From: Chrysomallon squamiferum
Taxonomy: Eukaryota > Animalia > Mollusca
NCBI GenBank assembly: GCA_012295275.1
Contig: CM022673.1
Location: 12,524,001 to 12,588,000, forward strand
DNA length: 64,000 nucleotides
Reading direction: 5' to 3'
A program made the position numbers and the translations under genes. Of the stretch, positions 1 through 64,000 are shown one piece after another (within the stretch, counting starts at the first letter, position 1; every line of letters begins with the position of its first letter). A model generated the notes under the pieces. It searched no databases, had not been told where the DNA came from, and worked only from the letters and a program-made list of their open reading frames with translations.

Positions 1-2
1 AA

Positions 3-120
3 AATGTTTATGGCTAATTATTTACGTATTTAGATGCCCTGGTACAAGAAAACCGGAAAATCCAGAAATCCGAAATGCCTAAGGACCCAAGGAGTCTGGA
101 TAATTGGTCTGATACCTGTA
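3..120. mobile_element. pogo/Tigger-like terminal repeat, copy 1
   Basis: Ends in ..ggataattggtctgatacCTG-TA with internal ccggaaaatccagaaatccg sub-repeats; aligns by eye with 1461-1579. Confidence 0.65.
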
Positions 121-195
121 GCTCAAATACAGGAAAATTTCCTTCGGCAGTTGCCACAAGGAGAAGATATATAGAGAAAAGTTCTGCATTGAAAT

Positions 196-307
<112 letters not shown>

Positions 308-549
308 TATATAGTGATAACTAAGAATTAAATAGGTAAAGAAGTAAATTTAATAACAACAAAACCAAATCAACATTTGACACATACTTTCAGTTTAGGG
401 CATAAGTCAATATGAAAACCTATTGTAATTTGACTGTCTTCTAAATATTATGTTTTAATCCAACTTAACAAAATATAGTTGAATTATTGTTGTTATTTTC
501 TTTTAATAACTATTCATTTTAATGTTTGTACATTTTAATCAGCAACTCT

Positions 550-1149
550 TCAGCTTTCCGTGTTGATGCACCTGGTTTGAAAAAAGTATTTTGTTTCCAT
601 TTCCTTCTGTTCTATTAACTTCGCCAGATCATCGTGTTTCCTCAAAAGTCGTCTAATTTTTTGAACAGCGTCCCACAACCCGAGTCGCTTGACAAATTCG
701 ATGGCAATCAAAATTTGTTTGTCTCGGTTTTCGTTCAGATCTGCGCTGCACGCACTCGCGAGGTCAGCAGCATCGTCGTTCTTTAGAACAGTGGCTCTTT
801 TTCTCGCGACCTCGTTATCGCCCTCATCCACATCAACAACGATGCCACGGCAACTGTCAAGCGAGAATGGTTTTCTCTTCCTAGAAGATCTTTCATTATC
901 GTTTATCTGTTTGTTGGCTTCTGCAGACTCTTCAAAAACGATTTTCTTACACAAAGCACTGTTGCTACGGGTAAACGTTTCCCGTATTTCTTTCTCGAAG
1001 TTTCTCTTCTTCTTGTTGTACCGACGTGGATCTGAGACAATGCAAATGTTGTTCTGAAAGGAAGAGGACAGAAGTTTCATCTCCAGTTCTTTATCATTTG
1101 CGTTTTGCGGGACGATCCCGTCTGATGAAACATACTCGTCAGCAGTCAT
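550..1149 (-). CDS. 199-aa orphan ORF, possibly related to a pogo/Tigger transposase C-terminus or to element cargo
   Basis: Non-repetitive 600-nt open frame with protein-like composition and basic NLS-like patches; strong acceptor at 1201 upstream; lies between two TIR-like repeats. Confidence 0.55.
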   Translation of the reverse strand: MTADEYVSSDGIVPQNANDKELEMKLLSSSFQNNICIVSDPRRYNKKKRNFEKEIRETFTRSNSALCKKIVFEESAEANKQINDNERSSRKRKPFSLDSCRGIVVDVDEGDNEVARKRATVLKNDDAADLASACSADLNENRDKQILIAIEFVKRLGLWDAVQKIRRLLRKHDDLAKLIEQKEMETKYFFQTRCINTES

Positions 1150-1460
1150 TTCTTTTTACGTAATGTGAAGGGTGCAATATTTCAGCCTTAAACAACTTTT
1201 CTGAAATGGAGAAATACAAACAAAAAAATTAGTTGATAATCAAGCAGTTAAGAAGAAAAATTGGCATTTGACAAACTCGAAAAGCTAAAGTGGATTTAAA
1301 TGGTTTTATATGATCTTGTAAAATCTGTTGGAAAAATATCGTGTTAGCAGGACACAGAACTACTATTTCAAGCCGCATGGCGTTCATTCACCTTCCGTAT
1401 TGTTTAGGTTTCGAGTCGCCACAGTTGTGATCATCAATTTTCTTTATGTTTTTAATTTTA

Positions 1461-1579
1461 AAATGTATATGCCTAATTATTTTAGTTTTAAGAGGCCTTG
1501 GTACCAGAAAACCGGAAAATCCAGAAATCCGGAATGCCCCAGGCCCCAAGGAGTCCGGATAATTGGTCCGGTATCTGTA
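1461..1579. mobile_element. pogo/Tigger-like terminal repeat, copy 2, same orientation as copy 1
   Basis: Reverse complement TA-CAGATACCGGACCAATTATCCGGACTCCTTGGGGCC..CCGGATTTCTGGATTTTCCGG resembles, from recall, Tigger4/Zombi-type ends. Confidence 0.65.
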
Positions 1580-2659
1580 TATATATATTTAAATTTTACA
1601 GACTTAAATAACTTAAATTACTATAGAGGATATACGGTGTTATCTTTAAGAAATTTTCTGTTCCTATTAAAACGTCGTTTGTCTGTTTTAAGATTCTGTA
1701 GATTCTTTTTTACTCAGATTGTCACAAACTCTAGATCTGGATTCAAGACAACTATCTATTACATAACTTCGTATATATTTGACTCAGTATATGTTATACG
1801 TAAATATATATTTTACTCGCACTTAGACATAGCAATGTGAATTAAATTAATATGATTCCTAATAAAACTAATAAAATCTGTCACATAAGATTTTTTTAAG
1901 TTAACGAAATTAATTTAAAGTAACTCACCAAGCGGAGACGTGAAGCACACTGATCAAATTTTATTTTTATTTCTTACTTATAGTCATATCTACGATCAAA
2001 TACTTTCCGTATCCGATCTGCCCCACCTATCTCTTTGGTTTAGACAGGATGTTCATTGATATTAATAATAAATGCGTAATAAAGGTGTGTACTAGTTGGT
2101 TACAATATATAATAATTTTAATGCAGAATCAACGTGTTCAACTTTTAAAATAATAATAATAATAATAATAATAATAAGACTGTTTAGAATAGATATATTT
2201 AAGACGGGAATTTAGATTTTGTTTCTCAATAGATTTTTTTTTTAAACCAAACATATCTTTATTTGAGAAATTTAAGTTGAATTAAAAAATAATATTTAGA
2301 AGTCAGTCAAATTACAACAGGCTGTTATACTGAATGAAATGAAAATTTGATGGTTTTACGCAGCTGGGTTGTGTTCTCGATAACTCGAAGAAACGAAACG
2401 AAACTTCGTCAACAGACAAACAAATAAGGACAAACGAAAGAAAACAAATAGAAGTTTATTTTCACTCACTTTTGTAGTAACAACAATAATGATATATACA
2501 TAAGAAATACATAGAAAATACATTAAACCATACAAAAAACAACAACAACTGCAGTATTTACTGCAAAACAGGACAGCCAGTTGTAGTATAAACATAATAC
2601 ATTCACTGTTTTTACATCTTCAAAAATAATAATAGTAATAACGTTTACAGTTAACGTTA

Positions 2660-2773
<114 letters not shown>

Positions 2774-3313
2774 ATCCTCTTTATCTTTCTCTTTATTTTA
2801 TTCACTCCAAATGCCAAACAAATATACTTTTTTTATATATATATATAAATTTATAACAAAATATTTTATATCTCTGAAAATTTTGTTTTAATTACTGAAA
2901 CAAAAATAGATAATATTTCATTTACAAAGACGTCATTAATTAACTGTTATTTTACCTGAAATAAATATAATTTGGAGGCCACGCTAAGACACGTGAATTT
3001 TTCTTATTCCATAATTTCTTTCTGTATCCGTTACACGAATGCTAGGTAACTGATTATGAACTTTCTTGATAAATAAAATTAAAACGATATTAATAAATTA
3101 CTGTAATAAAATAACAGTTTGGAAGATTGGTGCATTGGCACTTCTTTTTCTGTGATAAAATTCTTTACATTCAATGCCAAAATATCCTAATCAGAGAGAA
3201 TCAATTCTTGCAAAGTTGACCATGCTCAGTATGTAAGGGATATTTCTGTGTACGAACACACACACACATATTACACACAGTCACGTAATACACAGTGGAA
3301 TCCGCACGCACAC

Positions 3314-3348
<35 letters not shown>

Positions 3349-3876
3349 CCACACACAACACAAACACACACGCTTTGTAAGCGCTGATTTTCTTATAAAA
3401 GATTATGTTAATTTAAACAAAATATATTTAGGAATTCTCCACAAAACTACATTTTAATAAACATGTTTTTATACCCAGATGTATACATTACAGATTAACT
3501 GTACTGTAAGTTTCAAATATATTGGTATTTTAGTTAATGTATAATAAATGAAAAATAAACAAGATAAATAGGAAAAATGCATCCTGCAAGAACGGCACCA
3601 GACAGAGTTATAACAAAACAACAATGGCCGCCATTCTAAGAGATAATTTTACAAGCGACTGGTATTATTTAAAACGTAGCTTACTGGGTGGTCGCATTTG
3701 TAATTTTACAAGTCGTGTAATGATTAAATTGGCCCCTGATCGTGGTCCCTATTATTATACCTAAATACTGAAATTTCACAGATTGTTCAAATCTAACATT
3801 GTTTGTTCAAAACGATACTTCTGTGTGGATAAACACTTTGCAAACAAAGCAAAAGATTATCATGATAATGATAATA

Positions 3877-4368
3877 TAGTGGAATGCCGGGTTACGAACC
3901 CCTCAAAGCACGGACAGATCGGATTACAAACCGTGGTCTTGGCCAATTTTTGTCTCGGTTTACGAATAATGTCCCGAGTTACGAACTACAGTAAAGATAA
4001 AAATAGATGCTTATGTCAAAACCGAGGTCAAAGTAAGGATTATAGGCATGCCCTATAGTAAAATATAAATCATGAATTAGGGCCTTTAGTCTTCGAATCG
4101 CAGTTGCAGCTCAACAGCTTTTGCACTGAGATCGTGCGCTCAGATTTTTTAAAGTGTTGCTAGCTTTTACGTGTATATTTTTATCCAACTAGGCGTCCAA
4201 GAAAACAAAAAGTGAAAGTATAAACGTATCACAGTAGAGGTTAAGAAATAAATAACTGCAAATCACGAGAGTGACGTTCGTGTGTCTGACATCGCTTTGG
4301 TTTACGTACAACTCGGTTCACGAACCAAGCTCTGGAACGAAGTAAGTTAGTAACCCGAGGTTCCCCTG
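3877..4368. mobile_element. Degenerate Tigger/mariner-like MITE of about 490 bp
   Basis: Imperfect TIRs (tAGTGGAAtgcCGGGTTACGAAC versus reverse complement cAGGGGAAcctCGGGTTACTAAC) with TA on both flanks. Confidence 0.7.
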
Positions 4369-4478
4369 TATTTAGCAGATTTGTAAACGTAAATTACATT
4401 CGCTCAGAATCACATTTCAAGCAAGATCACCCTTATAAAAGTGTTGTAAGTAAATAAATAAAATATATATCAATAATT

Positions 4479-4549
<71 letters not shown>

Positions 4550-5277
4550 GTTACCTATATCGAAAACACATTTTATCACAGTTCTCTAATTTGACCCATG
4601 TAGTCAAATTCTATCAGAGTACAAAATTGTGACCCACAACGAAATACCACACATTTTAACTTTATAAGCTTCATGTCGTGGCAAACAGTTCACTTACACA
4701 ACACTAACAGTATCTACAACAATAAAGATTTTGGAATTATCAATATATCACCATAAAAATAATAATTTCTCTCTTTTTTTTTTTTTTTTTTTTCTTTTAA
4801 TATATATCACCGCCGTCGCATTACGATTCAGGATGTCCCAATTTCTAATCGGTTTTTGTCCGGGAACACATACTAAATTTAAATGCGGCCCAAAAGACGG
4901 AGATGAAATCGATTTGTCTTGTACAGTAAGAAAATATCGATCGTTTAATCTAGGCAATTAGAAAACTATTTGTCTTTTAGTAGAAGCAATCAAAAAACAA
5001 AAAAACAAAAAAATCTTTCTTCATCCTTAATATTTGCATTTAAAGATAAAACCGCTGGCTGGGGTAATGCAGTATGTACACAACAGGAAGGTTCTAGAAA
5101 ACAAGACTCGCGGTAATGATAAAAGAAATGAGATATTCTGTGGGAGAAGAACAAGATATTATTGCCGTCACGTCCTAAAATTTTACTTTTCATTTGTCAT
5201 TCAGATACACGGTATTTAAGAATTAATGACGTTTTCTTTTCCTAAGAAAAAAACTGTAAGGTTTATTATTATCGTTA

Positions 5278-5325
<48 letters not shown>

Positions 5326-5828
5326 TCGTTATCATCATCATTATTATTGTTATTATTATTATAACTACTACTGGTAACTGCTATTATGTTATCATTCTCA
5401 TTAAAATACATAGGTCATCCTGTACAAACAGTGTAAAAAAATAATACATTCGCCATAGAATGTTCTGACATATATATATATATACATGTACATAAACACA
5501 TAGACACATACACATTTTCTTTTCTTGGTTTATGTTCAACTCTTAATGAATGTGCGTTCAATGTATTTTTATTTTATTTATTTTTTTTTTGTATTTTTTT
5601 TTTTCCATAAAGAACATGAACCAGTTTGCTATACATTCTCAATAAGCCTGAAAATCTCTCTCTATATCTTCCTCTCACTCTCTCTCACTCTCTCTCTCTA
5701 CTTATTACTTGTTTCATATTTATATAATTATTTTAAAAAACCACTTGTGTGATGAATAAACAAACATACGGTCCCGATCATCACATTAATATAAGGCGGT
5801 GGCAAATTTATCAAACAGTAAAGTCAGC

Positions 5829-5892
<64 letters not shown>

Positions 5893-6408
5893 GTAATAAT
5901 GTACACAAAATGATATACTGCAAGCATCATTTTGCTTGCTTGTATGTTTCTGTTTGTTTATCAACATGTACGGATTTCAGTGTGCTTATGTAGACACACA
6001 AAACGCTTCCGACCGAGAAATTCAGACAGCCCTACCTAAAGAGTGTCGAGGGAATCACATTGTGAAAGATGCAGGAATAAATTAATCTGTCGCCATCACC
6101 TTTTTTTGGACAGACGCAGGCTTCAGTATGAACACCTTTCACTTATGTAACTGTCACTTGTACACACATGGTCTCGTTTAATGGAACAGGAGGTCTTGGA
6201 CACTGATTTCAAATGGACACGAAGACTTTGTCATTTCTCTGTCTGTATTTGAACAACAGGATCAGAGGAGATAGTTTGCGGAGTCAAGAGCTGCTCAGTT
6301 ATTCAGTGTGTTTTCAAACATTACGGGTTAGATACAAATTTATCAATTAGCCTGCATTCTTTACACGAAAACATCACACAAACAGCTGATTGATCCATAA
6401 CTGCCGAC

Positions 6409-6570
6409 TGATTCACTGACGTCGACTGATACAACGATGTTGACAAAGTCAAAAGCCGTTAATTGATTCAACGACGTCGACAGATTCAGTGACGTTGTCC
6501 GATTCAGCGCCATTAACCGATTCAATGACGTCGACTGATACAACGACCTTGATTGATTCATTAGATAGAA
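6409..6570. repeat. Degenerate 18-bp repeat (GATTCAnTGACGTCGACn) in the putative 3'UTR
   Basis: GATTCA/GATACA recurs at 18-nt spacing. Confidence 0.75.
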
Positions 6571-6658
6571 ACGTCGTTGTCTGACTCAAACACGCTGTTT
6601 GATTCACAAGCGCCGACGACACCGCTACCAACAAATGTAATTCACGATGTTTTAAATT

Positions 6659-59812
<53,154 letters not shown>

Positions 59813-60747
59813 CGTCTTTGGTTTCCGTTTAAATCGCCAAGTATAAAAAAATCCCTTCGTTATTCAGTACGTTTCGCGTCTGTTCTAGTTTGTTTTGTTT
59901 TGTTTGTTTTTACACAAATCCTTTTATTTTGTACAAGTTCCTTCACAGTCCTTGTTCTGTTGTGTGTTCTTTTTTTTGTTGTTGTTGTTTTTTTTTTTTT
60001 TTTTTTTTTTTTTGCTTTCGTTTTTTAACACGATTTTTTAATATCCTTTTTCACTTGTTATTCGTATAGAAATCGTTTTATTTAGATACGTTCCACACGT
60101 TGTTTTCACACGAATCCCTTTGTTATCTGGATCCGTTCCTTGTCTTACGTTTTCACACAAATCCCTTTATTTAAATATGTTGTTGTTGTTCACTGTACAA
60201 CATGTCCACAAATACTTTGCTCCCTTATCCAATTCGACACCTTCAGAAAAGAGACATGCTGGTATCAAACAAATTATTCAGCATGAGTCTGATTACTGAC
60301 ACATAATCCCAACAGCACCACTGGATGCAAGATTTTAATATTTTTTTTCGCACAATAAACACACGATGAAAACTGAATGTGGCAGTTTCAAAGTAAACGA
60401 AGTCAGAACGTGTTTGAGGCTTTCCTTTCTATTTAACATAAATCGCCATCCATGTAGAAAACATTTGGACTTTTATGATTCTCGCATCCTAACAGGAAGG
60501 AACTTTGGGATTATTGAATTGTTTGCGGTACTTGGCGGGGATTTTGTCACGCTGTTAGGCAGTGTTTCGCCGAGGCTCGGGCGAAAACACGGAACTCGTA
60601 ATGGAAGCAATCAGCGCTTCTTGTCAGAAGAAAGGAACAAAGTGTCGGGCAACCTTCGAGCATTCTGCTACAACGTGATGTAACGGCGTGTCGGTAATAA
60701 TAGGAATTCTGACGAGCTGATTTCCGAGTTAAAATTAATCCGGACAC

Positions 60748-60779
<32 letters not shown>

Positions 60780-60876
60780 CTTTTTTTTAACGATTTCTCT
60801 GCCAACACAAAACTGATGCAGTCTACTGAACGTTATTGCTGCAGTTCGCGGTCCTTAAAAACAATCTTCTCTCAAC
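59813..60876 (-). other. Putative long 5'UTR portion of the start-codon exon
   Basis: Candidate acceptor gtttcag at 60877-60883 and an A-rich sense strand; candidate upstream donors after 62373 and 63051. Confidence 0.3.
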
Positions 60877-61524
60877 CTGAAACGATTTGAATATAAAATA
60901 ACATACATGCGCAACATATCTGTCAGTCTACCCTCGTTAATTAAATAAATAATCCATGTTGTATTAAATCCCCTTATTTTAATTAAGTGAAGGTCCAAAT
61001 TATGTTATATCTGATATGGAAAATTCCAGATCTGCACTAAGTAATGTGATATTAGTTTAGTTAATAGAACAACTTCGTTTATTTAAAATCCGACTGTAAC
61101 TCGGTCGTTAAACTTGTTCACTGTAGGGAATTGACAGGAGTGAGTTTCTACCTCTGTCAGCGATGTCAGTTATCAATATCCCGATCTAACAGCAGTGCCC
61201 TAAAGTTGTTTTACGAAACGGCTTGGTACGTGCTTTGTTGTCTGTGGCCGTTCTTTCCATTAGTCTTAAAGTCAGATAGTGGACTTTCAATTTTTTTGTG
61301 TGTGTAATCATTATAAATAGACTTTAGAGGCCACCAAAACGTTAATACTAAAAGAAACTTTGAACGTTTATTCTCAATTAAGTATAAATCATCAACAAAA
61401 TAGAAAATATTTGGACTCTTACGATACTTGGGTCCTCTTTGGAAGAAATTTTGGGAGTATTGAAATAAATGTGTATTCAATCATTTATGTTTTCATCACG
61501 TATTATTATAGTTATTTGACACAT

Positions 61525-61570
<46 letters not shown>

Positions 61571-61990
61571 GTTCTACAAGTTTAGTTAACACCTAATAAT
61601 CGTTGAAACTATAATATACGCCAAAAGGTCATTAAAATATTTATTTATTTTTATATATCAATTAATTATAAAATTATTATAAAGTTGTAAAATCTAAACA
61701 TAGGTTATTGCAAAATACACAAATTTTACAAACTTAATTAATTTGATATATTTCAAAACATTATCACTGAAACTGCCCGTCATGTATTTCAGATATTTAA
61801 CCTTACGTTCCAGAAATAATTTGTTCTGTTTATTGACATCTGGTCAAATTCATATCATTCGCTTTTCTTTATCAGTCAGTGAATAATTGTGACCTTCATC
61901 CTTACATCGCAAATAATTTAAATACATTTTATAGATAGATAGACAGATATATATATATATATACACGTGTACATATAGATAGATAGATAG

Positions 61991-62030
<40 letters not shown>

Positions 62031-64000
62031 TTGCTGTTGTTGTTTTTTTCATATAAAAGCTACATACAGTTGAATATTACTTTCGAGATCCTGACTAGAA
62101 ATAACGAGAACTGAACTTACTACCTGATGTGTTAAATCAACATCTAACCAACCAGTCAGTTTCTTACTTGCTTCTTTCTCAGTGTTTGATTATTAGCAAA
62201 TCTGACGTAACCGACACGCAAAACATATTACAATGACAATTCATCTATAATACACAGTCAACAACCGTTGTCGTTGCAAAAACAAATTAACGCAAAACAC
62301 AGTCTACGTTTTTAATTAAAGAACTGCTATTATTAAATACTTAATAAGTTAGTTTATTAACTACGGACTTACCTGCAATGTTGTTGACAGGCTCAGCTAT
62401 TGTCAGAATGAATATTAAAAAAACATGTTTACCGAGTTGCAACAAACAAAATATTTGTTTCATATAAGGGCGGCTCGAACGAAGGGTCATGTTCCGAAAG
62501 TGAAACCTAATGTGTCTTTGAAAAACAACAATTACAGAAATGAAAATCTGCTAATACATAAAACTAATCATGCCATAACAGCTTGAGAAAACATTATATA
62601 CCTTCTCAAAATTTCTACTCGAAATAATTAAACTTTAAATACAATGCGGCATCTTTTTCGGTGACAGCAATTTCGTCCCCTTTTAGCCGCGTCCCCAATT
62701 TAGAACGTCCCTTGCATCTTACTCAGTTTCGACCGAAGCAATACGAGCCAAGGTCACCCATCCTTATTATTGCCAACCGTGAAATGGAGCTTGTTTTCAA
62801 AGCAAAGAACGTAGCATCAAGATGGGTTGTTTAGCACGAACAACGAAATGTATACATATACTATTAGTTTCGGTGATTCGGTGATATGCACATGCCCACA
62901 GCGGATTAAAGCTGAACTTCTTTTATCGTATCATTTCTTATCTTTTTTCTTTCTCTCTTTTTTTTTTTTTTTTTTTTTTTTCTATCCGATTTCTAACAAA
63001 ACAATAACAAGATGGTGTCATGCACTTTAGCCAGTAGCGAATGTACTCACCGTATCGGATATATACATCAAAGCCCCTTTTCCATCTATCTGTTCAGTTA
63101 CGATTTTAAATTACTATCCTGTATCGAAAACATTAAAAATAGCAACCTTCTTTACAATGCCGCTAAATATAATTAACAAATACTACTACATCTGCAAAAT
63201 CTATTTGTTAAAAAAGTGCTGAAGATTTATTTTTGACGAATATTTTTTAGCCCCTCCCAGAAACTCTCCCAGATCCGCCCTATTGTCAACATCTTGTTTG
63301 ATGTATTTAAATACTTTCTGACGTTAATAAGCTAAATTTATTCTAACGTTAAGACGCTCTTAAGAAGCGGAAATGTGCGATATTTTAATTCGAAGCAACA
63401 AATTAAAATGGGCTCAGCTGCGCTATACTCACAGGAGTCAAACATGCTTTATTGTAATGCGCTCTAAGGAGTAATAAGGAGCAGAAATAAGCTCTTCCAG
63501 TAAGCCGAAAGGAGCCAGAATTTGTTTTGTTCTAATACGCTGTGTGTAGGCCCATATGAGGATGACGACTATGATGATGATAACGATGTCATATGATGAT
63601 GACCGAATGACGACGATGATTATAATAATGATGATGATGATGATATGATAGTCATGTCGTCGATGACGACAACGATGATAATGATATATTATTATTATTA
63701 TTATTATTATTATTAGGTGAGAAAGAAACTAAATAAATAAAAATAAATAATCCTTTACATAACTAACATAGAGATAATATCCAAAAACAAGGAACAGAAG
63801 TCGAAATTTAAAAATTATATATTCGTATTATATATATATATATTATTTCACGAAAACTCAAGTGGTCAAACTGGGGGCATATTGCTACTGAAATATATCA
63901 AATCAGTTAACATAAGCCAGGACTGCTGATTACCAATCGTTACTATTACGCACTCTCGGACGCCTACTTAGACCGCGTAATTGTTCGGGTCAGCGCCTGG

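Noticed and set aside
689-1057. 122-aa plus-strand ORF
   Set aside because: Antisense shadow of the 199-aa ORF with a non-ATG start
60366-60747. Overlapping ORFs near the gene 5' end
   Set aside because: No recognisable domain; better explained as UTR or promoter-proximal sequence

Overview
This is AT-rich, microsatellite-dense animal DNA, most likely invertebrate and probably molluscan, not prokaryotic. Most of the window is one multi-exon minus-strand gene encoding a class B1 (secretin-family) GPCR of the pigment-dispersing factor (PDF)/cerebrin receptor type. I rebuilt it by hand as 14 GT-AG exons from 59812 down to 6659 with consistent intron phases (about 543 aa). The exons covering the hormone-binding ectodomain through helix 8 are well supported, while the first two coding exons and the terminal exon are inferred. 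Also present are a 199-aa orphan ORF between two same-orientation pogo/Tigger-like terminal repeats, two Tigger-like MITEs, decayed SINE-like pieces and several minisatellites. The main leads are a compact circadian-type enhancer in intron 1 (three E-boxes 6 bp apart, plus an E-box/D-box/ETS cluster), a paired Lys3.43/Glu7.49 substitution in the receptor core, three alternative donors feeding a terminal exon open in all three frames, a skippable signal-peptide exon, and a duplicated decoy acceptor. Almost all supplied ORFs are microsatellite artefacts.
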